From Candidatus Bathyarchaeia archaeon (lineage in GTDB: Archaea; Thermoproteota; Bathyarchaeia; Bathyarchaeales; Bathycorpusculaceae): a stretch of 64,000 nucleotides of DNA. Of this stretch, positions 20,408 through 29,947 are shown one piece after another (position 1 is the first letter of the stretch; every line of letters starts with the position of its first letter). The stretch lies in assembly GCA_049516875.1 (NCBI GenBank), contig JBEKSS010000007.1, positions 175,536-239,535 of the forward strand. Reading direction: 5' to 3'. The notes beneath the pieces were generated by a model. It was given only the letters and a program-made list of their open reading frames with translations, did not search any database and was not told the origin of the DNA. The position numbers and the translations under genes were made by a program.

Positions 20408-21019
20408 ATGTTCTTTAAACAGATCAAGTATCGCGGCGACAACTTCACCTACATCATAGCTGATGAGGCTTCCGGAGAAGTAGCAGTCATTGATCCCAGC
20501 TTCAACGTCGACGCAGTGATTCTTATCCTTAAAGACCAGAGTTTCAATTTGAAATACATCATCAACACTCACGGTCACACTGACCACACGGCGGGAAATG
20601 AGGAACTCAAATCAGTCTTCCACTCAAAAATAATTGCTCACAAGCTCTCGCACGTCAACCAGGACATCAGCGTCGTCGACGGCGACACCATCCGCCTGGG
20701 CACCGTAACAATCAAGGTCATCCATACGCCTGGCCACACACCTGACAGCATCTGCCTCCTAACCGACGGCAAACTGCTCACAGGCGACACCCTCTTCGTG
20801 GGCGAATGCGGCCGGACCGACCTCCCCGGCGGCAGCGCCAAAGACCTGTACACCAGCCTCCTCCAAAAAATAGCAAAATTAGACGACAACCTCGAAGTCT
20901 ACCCCGGCCACGACTACGGTCCCTTTCCAAACTCAACAATCGCCAAAGAAAAACAAACAAACTACACCCTCCAAAACCGGACCCTCCAACAATTCATCCA
21001 ATTCATGCAACAACCCTAA
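20408..21019 (+). CDS. Metallo-beta-lactamase fold hydrolase (glyoxalase II / ETHE1-like)
   Basis: THGHTDH, HTPGHT, TGDTLF, PGHDY. Confidence 0.92.
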   Translation: MFFKQIKYRGDNFTYIIADEASGEVAVIDPSFNVDAVILILKDQSFNLKYIINTHGHTDHTAGNEELKSVFHSKIIAHKLSHVNQDISVVDGDTIRLGTVTIKVIHTPGHTPDSICLLTDGKLLTGDTLFVGECGRTDLPGGSAKDLYTSLLQKIAKLDDNLEVYPGHDYGPFPNSTIAKEKQTNYTLQNRTLQQFIQFMQQP

Positions 21020-21028
21020 AACACAAAA

Positions 21029-21161
21029 CCGAACTTTTGACACTCAAAAACCTCGTAGAATTGAGTAAAAAAACCTTCAAACCGACATGCTTCAACAATG
21101 TTTTGACACTCAAAGAAATCACGAATTGAGTACTCAAAAGCAAGGGCTCGAACCCCAACAT
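21029..21161 (+). repeat. Dispersed ~130-bp dimeric repeat, copy 1
   Basis: Two units 66 bp apart, each TTTTGACACTCAAA...GAATTGAGTA; matches the reverse complements of 26441-26565 and 56379-56507. Confidence 0.9.
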
Positions 21162-21235
21162 TCACACTGTAAGCTTTAAAGACAAGCAAATCATATCACG
21201 AAACAGCGCAAGATGGAAAGAACCGCGGGTAAAAC

Positions 21236-22687
21236 ATGGGCGACAAAACCGCTTCTTACGTTCTCGAAACCGAGGTTCCCAACAACTACATAGGAAACAT
21301 GCTCGACTTCATCTACCAAAAATACCTACTCGCCCAAAAACAGCGTTTCATCAACATCTCCAGATCCACCGAAAACAGCGAATCAACCATCAACTACGAC
21401 GTGGCCGACAAACAGGGAAAACGCAGCCTCAACGTCACAATCAACGGCAGCAACCCGTTAAAAATCAAAATAACCCCCCTAAGCGAAACCGTCACTCCGC
21501 AGGCGATAGAAGAAGCCCGACAGGACGTTGCCATCGGAGTCGACTACTTCGAGGAACAAGTCAGACAGAGCACCCTCTTCTTCGCGTGGCGAGAAGGAGA
21601 AGAAATAGTCCCAGAAATAGTTTCCAAAAAACAGAAAAAACCCCTCAACCGACTGTTCCTGGAAACCCAAATCCTCCTATTCGTCATCTTCACCACCGTA
21701 GGCCTGTTCCTCTTCCTACTCCTCTACAGCCTGAGCTACGGCTGGATAGCCCCCCTCGCGATTCTGGCAATCCAACTTCCCATCGTCTTCTACTCCAACA
21801 AGATCATCGAGAGGACAGCAGACTGGCGCATAACTAAGAACAACCCCAGCATCCACCTGCTCGAATACCGCATACCACTCGGAGAACAAGAAAACTTCAA
21901 GAAAAACTATCCCCGTGACAAACTGATGAATATAAAGAAAGAAGTGTACGAGCAAAGCATCCTCAAGAAAGGAGAAATAGACTGCGAAACCACCGGCCAA
22001 ATCTTCAACAAGTACGGCCTCGAGTGCAGCCCGGAAAACCTGTCAGCAAAAAAAGTCAACGTCTACCAGCTCGTGGAGAACACCCGCCAGAAATTCGGTT
22101 TTCCCATGCCAAGAATCGTCGTGTCAAACACCATGCTCCCCAACGCGGCAGCCTCAGGACCCAGCCCAAGCCGCGGAACCGTCCTCATCACCACAGGCCT
22201 CCTCGCCCAACTGAACGAAGACGAAATAATAAGCGTCCTGGGACACGAGTTCGGCCACCTGAAAGGACGCGACCCCCTCCTCCTCTTCGGCCTGATGTCA
22301 ACCGAGTTTCTCTTCCGATTCTACGTGCTCCTACCCCTAATCCCCCTGCTCTTCAACACACTACTCTTCTTCGTATACTTCTGGGCCGTCATGATTCTCA
22401 TATTCTTCATAGCCAAATTCTTCGAAGCAAGAGCAGACCTCACATCCGCCATAGTCATCCGGCAACCTAAAGTCCTAGCCGAAGCCCTCGAAAAAATAGG
22501 ATTCAAACGCCTGCTGTTCGAACGCATACCCTCCTATCGCATTCAAGAGTGGATAAGCCTGGACCCACACCCGCCCATCTACTTCCGAGTCAACCGGCTC
22601 AGAAAACTCCAAGACACAACCAACATAAAATATCCGCTCTTTCAATCGGCCAAGGAAGTGACCAGAGGCTTCCTCGACACGCTGTAG
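21236..22687 (+). CDS. M48 family (HtpX-like) zinc metalloprotease with long N-terminal extension
   Basis: PNAAASG, VLGHEFGH, FEARAD, HPP...R. Confidence 0.88.
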   Translation: MGDKTASYVLETEVPNNYIGNMLDFIYQKYLLAQKQRFINISRSTENSESTINYDVADKQGKRSLNVTINGSNPLKIKITPLSETVTPQAIEEARQDVAIGVDYFEEQVRQSTLFFAWREGEEIVPEIVSKKQKKPLNRLFLETQILLFVIFTTVGLFLFLLLYSLSYGWIAPLAILAIQLPIVFYSNKIIERTADWRITKNNPSIHLLEYRIPLGEQENFKKNYPRDKLMNIKKEVYEQSILKKGEIDCETTGQIFNKYGLECSPENLSAKKVNVYQLVENTRQKFGFPMPRIVVSNTMLPNAAASGPSPSRGTVLITTGLLAQLNEDEIISVLGHEFGHLKGRDPLLLFGLMSTEFLFRFYVLLPLIPLLFNTLLFFVYFWAVMILIFFIAKFFEARADLTSAIVIRQPKVLAEALEKIGFKRLLFERIPSYRIQEWISLDPHPPIYFRVNRLRKLQDTTNIKYPLFQSAKEVTRGFLDTL

Positions 22688-22763
22688 TCTTGCGCGACAG
22701 AGGAAGGCATCCATCGGCGAAGACAAAATGGAGTTGCAGCAAAGTTCATGTCTCACAGGCCTT

Positions 22764-23069
22764 TCAGACGTTAACCAGAATCTGTTCTCCTTCTATTTTC
22801 GTTTGATAAGCAGGTTCAGGTTTCTTTGCGGGTCCCTTCACCACGCTTCCAGTCTTAGCGTCAAAAATCGAACCGTGACACGCACACGTTACGTTTCCTC
22901 CTTCAAGCGTGCCGTCGGAAAGCACACAGCTCATGTGAGTGCAGCGGTTTCCAATAGCGTAGTAGTTGCCCTCCAAGTTGATGACAGCAACTTCCTTGCC
23001 ACCGGCCTCCACGCCAATCATATGACCTGGCTCCAAATCCTTCGCAGAGGCGACTTTCACAAACGCCAT
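22764..23069 (-). CDS. Rieske [2Fe-2S] ferredoxin
   Basis: CTH...CACHGSIFD...GPA. Confidence 0.92.
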   Translation of the reverse strand: MAFVKVASAKDLEPGHMIGVEAGGKEVAVINLEGNYYAIGNRCTHMSCVLSDGTLEGGNVTCACHGSIFDAKTGSVVKGPAKKPEPAYQTKIEGEQILVNV

Positions 23070-23323
23070 CCCAGCTCACCTCCTGAACATTCTCCAAACG
23101 CGTTAAGCAACAACCCGAAACAACCATATAAAAGCTTGCCATTTTCCGTCGTGAATCAAAAAACAGCCTTTATTCCTGCTTTTCCACATAGAATAAGGAC
23201 GATGTCAGCAGTAAACCTTTTTATACAAGGCCCCTCTCTAATTGCCTGTCACATTAATTCATGCTTACATCAAAGCTTTTGAAAGCTTTCAGGAATTGCA
23301 TGCAAAATTTTGTGGCAGGAGAA

Positions 23324-24442
23324 ATGAAACATATGCAAATACAGTACTTTAAAGACTTGCCACTGAGTCCAGAAGTGATGAAGGGCATCGAGGAGCTTGG
23401 GTTCACCGATCTTTTTCCGATTCAGGCTCAGGCCATAACTCCATTACTTGAGGGCAAGGATGTTATTGGACAAGCGCAAACCGGAACTGGCAAAACTGCC
23501 GCTTTCGGGATTCCAATGATTGAACGCTTAGACCCAAGAGACAACAGGGTCCAAGGGTTAGTCTTGGAGCCAACACGCGAACTTGCTGAACAAGTTGCAG
23601 AACACATACGCCGATTCGGCAAGTACGCAGGGTTCAGGGTTTTGCCAGTCTACGGCGGCGAATCGATTCAGAAACAAATAGGGACTCTTGAAAGGGGTGT
23701 TCAAATCGTGGTGGGCACGCCAGGACGCATAATAGACCTGATTGAGAGGCGCATGCTAAACCTGGCACACGTGAAAATCGTCGTGTTAGACGAGGCTGAC
23801 AGGATGCTTGACATGGGTTTCATGGAAGACGTAGAATACATACTTTCGCAAGTGCCAACCAACAGGCAGACCAGCCTCTTTTCAGCGACAATAGACCAGA
23901 CGGTCATGAACGTGTGCCACAGGTACATGAAGAACCCTGAGAAAATACTTGTGAGCAAGGACGAAATAGCTCTGACACAGATTCACCAGTACTACACGGT
24001 TGTGAACCCCCGCAGCAAGTTTGAAAGCCTCTGCAACATACTCGACGCAAACCACATAGGGCGAGCCATAATCTTCTGCAAGACCAGAACGGAAACAAGC
24101 TTCTTAGCCGACAAGTTGAGAGCGCAGGGATACGATGCAAAGCCTTTGCACGCTGGTTTCACTCAGCCGCAGAGGACCTATGTTATAGACTGTTTCAGGA
24201 GAGGAAAACTGAAACTGCTCGTTGCAACCGATGTTGCAGCACGAGGCTTAGACATTCAGGGAATCACGCACATAATCAACTATGATGTGCCGTTAGACGC
24301 CTTGGTCTATTTCCATAGAATTGGAAGAACGGCAAGGATGGGACTGGAAGGCACGGCCATAACGCTGGTGGGCTACGGAGAACTGCCGGAGTTGGAGCAG
24401 ATAAAGGCTTTGACCAAGACCAACATAGAGGAAATCGAGTAG
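23324..24442 (+). CDS. DEAD-box RNA helicase (core only)
   Basis: AQTGTGKT, PTRELA, TPGR, DEAD, SAT, ARGLD, HRIGRTAR. Confidence 0.95.
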   Translation: MKHMQIQYFKDLPLSPEVMKGIEELGFTDLFPIQAQAITPLLEGKDVIGQAQTGTGKTAAFGIPMIERLDPRDNRVQGLVLEPTRELAEQVAEHIRRFGKYAGFRVLPVYGGESIQKQIGTLERGVQIVVGTPGRIIDLIERRMLNLAHVKIVVLDEADRMLDMGFMEDVEYILSQVPTNRQTSLFSATIDQTVMNVCHRYMKNPEKILVSKDEIALTQIHQYYTVVNPRSKFESLCNILDANHIGRAIIFCKTRTETSFLADKLRAQGYDAKPLHAGFTQPQRTYVIDCFRRGKLKLLVATDVAARGLDIQGITHIINYDVPLDALVYFHRIGRTARMGLEGTAITLVGYGELPELEQIKALTKTNIEEIE

Positions 24443-24574
24443 AACCTTACGACGGCACGGCATTTATAAGGAACGGCTACACATTATAACATCGCGGTAG
24501 CGTTCTGTTCTTGAACGGAAAACAGAGACACAACGCTACACAGAACAACCAAAAAACAAAAGGGAGTGAGAAAA

Positions 24575-24862
24575 ATGGCGGAAAATCAGAAGACTGTTTT
24601 CATTGGCAGGAAACCAGCGATGAGCTACGTATTGGCGATCATCACAAGCCTCTCAGCAAGCAACTCGAAGGAAATAACCTTGAAAGCACGCGGGCAAGCG
24701 ATAACGACGGCTGTTGATGTTGCGGAAATCACGAGAAGCCGCTTCCTAAAAGACTTGAAAGTCAGCAAGATCGCCATAGGAACGGAGCAGATGCCACCTC
24801 GAGAAGGAGAAAACAGTGCAAGAATGGTTTCTACAATGGAAATAACGCTGGCGAAAGAGTAG
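24575..24862 (+). CDS. albA: Chromatin protein Alba
   Basis: VFIGRKPAMSYV...KARGQAITTAVDVAE...VSTMEI. Confidence 0.93.
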   Translation: MAENQKTVFIGRKPAMSYVLAIITSLSASNSKEITLKARGQAITTAVDVAEITRSRFLKDLKVSKIAIGTEQMPPREGENSARMVSTMEITLAKE

Positions 24863-24869
24863 AAAAACA

Positions 24870-25502
24870 TTGAGAAACAAAGTATCCGTAGGCGAGTATC
24901 TCGCCTTTCTTTCTTTGAAGTATGAAGTCGACCCCGATCAGCTTTTTTACGCGTTATGTTTGGCGTGGAAAAACCTGAAGGCCACGTGTGGAGAGCTTCT
25001 TATTCAATGCCGCAACAAGACACCGGATAAGGCGGTGTTCCTGATGACCAAAGACTCAAAGGTTGTTTCTCAGTTTCCGATACCGAAAGAGTTTCTTCTG
25101 GAGAAAGACAACCCGATCAGGCGTCAGCAAAGAGCTGAAATGTTCGGGAGACGCGCAATCAAGAAGCCCGAGCTGGCTTATTCTTTCCAAGTAAAGGATC
25201 TGAGGGTTGGAATGAAAAAAATCAACTTGACAGCCAAAGTATTGGAAATACCGAAGCCTACCTTCGTGTTTACGAGGTTTGGCAACTACGCTAGCGTAGC
25301 CAACGCCTCTGTGGCTGACGAAACAGGCACGGTGAAATTATGCCTGTGGAATGAGCAGATAGACGCCGTTTCAACCGGGGACATGATTCATATAGAGAAT
25401 GCTCACATGTCCCTTTTTAGGGGCGAACGGCAGCTGAGGATAGGGAAGAACGGGAAACTCAACATCGTGGAGAAAATCGGCCCTGCAAAACTGCAGAATT
25501 AA
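24870..25502 (+). CDS. OB-fold single-stranded DNA-binding protein with N-terminal extension
   Basis: VKDLRVGMKKINLTAKVLEI...VADETGTVKLCLWN...LRIGKNG; about 105 extra N-terminal residues. Confidence 0.82.
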   Translation: MRNKVSVGEYLAFLSLKYEVDPDQLFYALCLAWKNLKATCGELLIQCRNKTPDKAVFLMTKDSKVVSQFPIPKEFLLEKDNPIRRQQRAEMFGRRAIKKPELAYSFQVKDLRVGMKKINLTAKVLEIPKPTFVFTRFGNYASVANASVADETGTVKLCLWNEQIDAVSTGDMIHIENAHMSLFRGERQLRIGKNGKLNIVEKIGPAKLQN

Positions 25503-25659
25503 AGGGCTTACCGCCGATGTATGTTTGATTCGTTGTTTCGAGGAAATTCTTGTGATTTGATTTGTATTCCTGTGGTTGAGAACGACGGGGAAGTGTTCTT
25601 GTGGTAAACGTGTGCTTCTTTGAATCGGAGCAGGCTTTGATGAGGCAAGCCTGGGCGGC

Positions 25660-26328
25660 TTAGTCTCTGCTTGCCAGTATCACGATGTAGTCAGCTGTGT
25701 CTGCGCACATGTCGGCGGCTTGTTCGAGGAATTCAATCAGGTCGTCGAATATCACCATGGCGCCGATGTTCATTTGTTGTCCATACTTGATGAATGATGC
25801 CTTGGTTTTGAGGTAGTCTTCGTCGATTTTGTGTTCGATTTCTTCAACCTTTTCGGCACCTGCTATGGCTTCAGCCGGGGCTACTGTGATTTTTTCTATG
25901 CAGCCACGGAGGGCTTGGGCGCAGTCTACTAGTAGAGAGGTCATGTGCACGGTCTTCTCGTAGAGTTCCTGTGGGAGCCGAGTGTCTGCAAGCATTTCCA
26001 TGCATCGTGCCGCGTCTTTCACGTGGTCGGCGAGGGTGTCGAGCCTTTTTACGAGGTGGAGCAGGTCTTCTCGGTAATCAGCGAATAGTGCTGCGCCCTT
26101 GGATAGTTCCTTGAAGACCTCTGTTCGAAGGTTATCAACTTCTTCTTCCTCTTTGAAAAGGTTCTCGATGCGTTGTATTCCTTCTTTTTCGTGTCCTTCT
26201 GAAATGCTTCGCATCGCTTGATTAAGAAGGGTTACGGTGTCGAGGGCCTTCGTTATCTGATCCTGAGCCAAGTCTAAGGCTTTGGTTCTGCGGCGCCTTT
26301 CAAACCAAGCATAACTTCGTTTTTCCAT
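25660..26328 (-). CDS. DUF47 / PhoU-like phosphate transport regulator
   Basis: EEEVD...REDL...LDTLAD and EHKID...EQAADMCAD repeats. Confidence 0.88.
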   Translation of the reverse strand: MEKRSYAWFERRRRTKALDLAQDQITKALDTVTLLNQAMRSISEGHEKEGIQRIENLFKEEEEVDNLRTEVFKELSKGAALFADYREDLLHLVKRLDTLADHVKDAARCMEMLADTRLPQELYEKTVHMTSLLVDCAQALRGCIEKITVAPAEAIAGAEKVEEIEHKIDEDYLKTKASFIKYGQQMNIGAMVIFDDLIEFLEQAADMCADTADYIVILASRD

Positions 26329-26440
26329 GCTTGTATCTCCATTTACAATATTTTTGGCGCGTTCGCTTATAACCTTTCCCAGAACCTGCAGAGCGATGTC
26401 GCCCTGGGATTACGTGCATGCGACTTCAGTTTCGGCGTTT

Positions 26441-26565
26441 ATGTTGGGGTTTGAGGCCTTGTGTTTGAGTACTCAATTCGTGATTTCTTTGAGTGTCAAA
26501 ACGATGTTGAAGTATGTTGGTTTCATGCTTCTGTTTGCTCAATTCGTGATTTTTTTGAGGCTCAG
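26441..26565 (-). repeat. Dispersed ~130-bp dimeric repeat, copy 2 (inverted)
   Basis: TTTGAGTACTCAATTCGTGATTTCTTTGAGTGTCAAAAC is the exact reverse complement of the copy 1 core. Confidence 0.9.
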
Positions 26566-26799
26566 AAAATGTGTGCTGTGGTGACGGTGGGTTGATGTTT
26601 TTTGTGGGCAGGCTAGGCAGAACGATTCTGAGCTGGACTTTTTTGGAACTGGAATGGGATCCTGGATTGGTTGTGGTTGATGCTTTGTTTGCGTTACATC
26701 TTTTGTTTCCGTGTTTTTCGCTTGTAGAGAAAATGGTGGATGAGAAGGGAGATCGCTCCTCTGGATAACGCGGTGTAGCGCGCGCACGTGCTGAGGCTT

Positions 26800-27261
26800 T
26801 CATGAGTTGTCGTTCTTTTCTTCCAGCCAGTAGGCCTTTTTTTCTCCTTGTTTGGTCAGCACGTGTTCCTTCTTGAAAATGGGGGCTTGGTTCTTGTATC
26901 TTTCGACGGCTTCTTCTAGGACAGGGAAGATGTTTTGGCGATGGGAGCCTGCGACCAAGACGTACACTAGGTCTTCGCCGACGTTGAACTCTCCCAGTAA
27001 ATGGTGGATTTGAACGTCTGTTATTCCCGGTTTTTTTCGCAGGTCGTCGCAGATATTCGTCAGTGTTTGATTTGCTTTTTCTTCATAGGCTTCCAGTTCC
27101 AGTTTCTGAACTTTTTCGCCTTTCTTCGCTTCTCCCCGGACGATTCCGATGAACAGTGTGATTGCTCCGGCCTTTTTGAAGCTGGGTTCGTTCTTGACGT
27201 TGTTTATCATGTCAAGAAGAGAGAATGTTCCTTTTTGATGTACTCCCGCTCGGTTCATCAT
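26800..27261 (-). CDS. moaE: Molybdopterin synthase catalytic subunit
   Basis: GAITLFIGIVR, LELEAYEE, GSHR, KNQAPIFKKE. Confidence 0.9.
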   Translation of the reverse strand: MMNRAGVHQKGTFSLLDMINNVKNEPSFKKAGAITLFIGIVRGEAKKGEKVQKLELEAYEEKANQTLTNICDDLRKKPGITDVQIHHLLGEFNVGEDLVYVLVAGSHRQNIFPVLEEAVERYKNQAPIFKKEHVLTKQGEKKAYWLEEKNDNS

Positions 27262-27313
27262 GATGGCACCAGACTGTTTTTTGTTGGCTTCGTGAGATAT
27301 ATGTTCTGTTTGG

Positions 27314-28348
27314 TCAGGTTGTCTTTATGTATTTGCGCATGTCCTCTGGCGTGGCGGAAGGTACCGGTAGGTCCTTCATCGTGAATAACCCGGCTGGTGC
27401 GTTGATTACTTTGGGAATTGCGTTGACGATGACGGCTACTGTTCCTGTGTCACCGTGGACGCATGGCTGGATTTTCTGGTTTATGTTTGGAACGCCTTTG
27501 ATTGTTATGGCGTCGTATTCTTCTTCGGCGCCTATGTACGCTTGGAAATCCAGAGCTATCACTTCTCTGTTTTTCATTATGCCCTTTGCTTTCTGTTTCA
27601 GACCGGCCACTTTTCCCACATTGACTTTTATGTCCTTGCTTTCAACAGCCTTCTTAGCTATTACTGGCTCAACGGACTGAACGAGTATCCTGTCAAGCTT
27701 CCACGCTAGGGCGTTGGCGATCATGGCGATGGACTGTTCGAGGCCTACGTGTCCAGTGATCTGCTTCTTCTCGATTTTCTGTTGAAATTCTTCGACGGTC
27801 AATCCTGCTCCTATCTTTTTCTGAAACGGCAGACGCCTTGTTCCAGCGTTCATAACTCTTGTGACCTCGATTTTTTCTATCTTTTCGCAAGCAGAAGTGA
27901 GTGTCAAGACTAACGTGTCCATCAGAAATCCAGGGTTTATCCCTGCACCTAAGACCGTTGCGTCATGCTTCTTAGCTAGGGCGTCGAGTTTTTCTGCGAG
28001 TTTGGGTTCAGAAACATATGGGTAAGACAGCTCTTCGCATGTGGAAACGACGTTTACGCCGTGTTTCAGGATGGAGGCTATTTGTGGATATGTGTCTTTA
28101 AGGAAGGATGAGGTTGCGTGGATGGCGATGTCCACCCTTGTCTTCTGGAGCACGGATTCAAGGTTTTCTGAAATCTTGATTCCGACTTTATGTTTCAGGC
28201 CCAAGACTTCGCCTAGGTCTTTTCCGACCTTATCCTTGGCTACGTCCACTGCGCCGACTATTTCTACTCCTTCTTTTTCCAGCAAGAACTTGGTGATGAA
28301 CCCGCCGACGGCACCGATTCCGTATGATATTGCCTTTATCTTTTCCAT
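27314..28348 (-). CDS. 2,4-diaminopentanoate dehydrogenase-like NAD(P)-dependent amine dehydrogenase (DapB-like N-terminus)
   Basis: YGIGAVG, NVVSTCEELSYP, GINPGFLMD, GHVGLEQS, HGDTGTVAVIVN. Confidence 0.82.
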   Translation of the reverse strand: MEKIKAISYGIGAVGGFITKFLLEKEGVEIVGAVDVAKDKVGKDLGEVLGLKHKVGIKISENLESVLQKTRVDIAIHATSSFLKDTYPQIASILKHGVNVVSTCEELSYPYVSEPKLAEKLDALAKKHDATVLGAGINPGFLMDTLVLTLTSACEKIEKIEVTRVMNAGTRRLPFQKKIGAGLTVEEFQQKIEKKQITGHVGLEQSIAMIANALAWKLDRILVQSVEPVIAKKAVESKDIKVNVGKVAGLKQKAKGIMKNREVIALDFQAYIGAEEEYDAITIKGVPNINQKIQPCVHGDTGTVAVIVNAIPKVINAPAGLFTMKDLPVPSATPEDMRKYIKTT

Positions 28349-28504
28349 GAATGTCTCGTCCCCTTCGGAGGTTATGTCATATTCGGGTTTGACCCTATAA
28401 AAGTGTGTTTGAGGCAGCGCTTGATTTGGATGTTCATTTAAAACCTTTACGTTTGTAAACTTTTATATGTATGGCATCGCCCAATACTGCAGAGGGCACA
28501 AGGC

Positions 28505-29947
28505 TTGGAAACCTCAGGAACTGCTGTCTCAAAACAAGTTCTTCAAAGGATTCTGGATGCCGACAAACTCAAGTACTGCTTCGAATGCGGCATATGCACG
28601 GCCAGCTGTTCCATGGCTGAGATGCTTGGAAACGACTACAACCCCCGGGGGCTTCTTGAACAGATTTATCTGAGCCCTGAGACCGTGCTGAGCTCAGACG
28701 AGCTTTGGCTGTGCGCTTGGTGTTATCGCTGCCAGAAGCGTTGTCCCCAGGCTCTGAAACTGCCTGAAATATTCCTAACCATTCGGTCAATCGCTAAGGA
28801 ACAGGGCAACACTAAGCCTTTTGAAAAGGCCCTCCAAAAAATCGTTAAGAACATTCCTCTCCCGCTAGTCACAACATTGGTTTGCTTCCACCCAGAACGT
28901 GCTGGGCTGGAAAACGAGAAGGTGCTGGAAAAGATTGGGCAGATTCGCGGAGAATGGCTTAAGACCAAGAAAGCCGACAGATCAACGAGGGCGGCAGAAA
29001 AGGTCGCAGTCATAGGCTCCGGACCTGCGGGACTTACAGTTGCGTATGAATTGAGCAAGAAGGGATATGCAGTCACCCTTTTTGAAGCCCTTCCAGAACT
29101 CGGCGGAATGCTGAGAAAGTGCATACCTGAGTATCGTTTGCCCAAGAAGGTTTTGAACGAGGAGATCCAGTTCATAAAGGACTTGGGCGTCGAAGTCAAA
29201 ACGGGTACGGAAGTTGGCAAGGATGTTTGTTTTGAGGACTTTCAGAAGGAGGGTTATAAGGCCGTTTTTGTTGGTGCTGGTGCCCATAAGAGTCAAAGAC
29301 TGAGGGTTGAAGGCGGAGATTTGAACGGGGTAACTCACGCTCTTGACTTTTTGTGGAGTTCAAATTCTGGCAAGAAGATGGAAATCGGCAAGAACGTTGT
29401 CGTTGTCGGTGGCGGAAACGTTGCTATTGATGCTGCAAGAACTGCTCTGTGCCAGAGTGCAAAAGACGTGACGATACTTTATCGTCGGTCAAGAGAGGAG
29501 ATGCCGGCAAACATGTGGGAGGTCAAGGAGGCAGAGGCTGAAGGCGTCAAAATCGAGTTTTTGGTTTCGCCTAAGAGGATTTTGGGCGAGAAGGGAAGGG
29601 TTTCTGCCATAGAGTGTGTTCGCATGCAACTGGGCGAGCCGGACGAGACTGGCAGGAGAAAAGCGGTTCCTTTGGAGGGTTCGGAGTTTAAGCGGGAGAC
29701 CGATATGGTGATTCTTGCGATAGGCGAGGTTCCTGACTTAAGGTTTTTGCCGAAGGAGATTGAGCTGAACGATGATGGCACGGTTTGGGTTAACCCGATA
29801 ACGATGGAAACCAGTCTGTTAGGTGTTTTTGCGGGTGGAGACGCGGTGACGGGGCCTGCGTCGGTGATTGAAGCGATTAGAGATGGAAAGCGTGCCGCAG
29901 AATCAATTGAGTGTTACTTGAAGTCTGAGGGGAGGGCTAAGCAATGA
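28505..29947 (+). CDS. HdrC-like 2x[4Fe-4S] domain fused to a GltD/NfnB-like FAD/NAD(P)H oxidoreductase
   Basis: CFECGICTASC and LWLCAWCYRCQKRCP, then IGSGPAG, GGGNVAID...YRRS, FAGGD. Confidence 0.85.
   Translation: METSGTAVSKQVLQRILDADKLKYCFECGICTASCSMAEMLGNDYNPRGLLEQIYLSPETVLSSDELWLCAWCYRCQKRCPQALKLPEIFLTIRSIAKEQGNTKPFEKALQKIVKNIPLPLVTTLVCFHPERAGLENEKVLEKIGQIRGEWLKTKKADRSTRAAEKVAVIGSGPAGLTVAYELSKKGYAVTLFEALPELGGMLRKCIPEYRLPKKVLNEEIQFIKDLGVEVKTGTEVGKDVCFEDFQKEGYKAVFVGAGAHKSQRLRVEGGDLNGVTHALDFLWSSNSGKKMEIGKNVVVVGGGNVAIDAARTALCQSAKDVTILYRRSREEMPANMWEVKEAEAEGVKIEFLVSPKRILGEKGRVSAIECVRMQLGEPDETGRRKAVPLEGSEFKRETDMVILAIGEVPDLRFLPKEIELNDDGTVWVNPITMETSLLGVFAGGDAVTGPASVIEAIRDGKRAAESIECYLKSEGRAKQ

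Noticed and set aside
21029-21161. The dimeric repeat as a mini-CRISPR array
   Set aside because: Only two degenerate units per locus, the would-be spacer is conserved between loci, and there are no cas genes in the window
26327-26803. ORFs 26327-26584, 26426-26803, 20806-21129 and 56352-56606 sharing peptide similarity
   Set aside because: The similarity comes from translating the non-coding repeat; frames and strands differ and the ORFs overlap real genes
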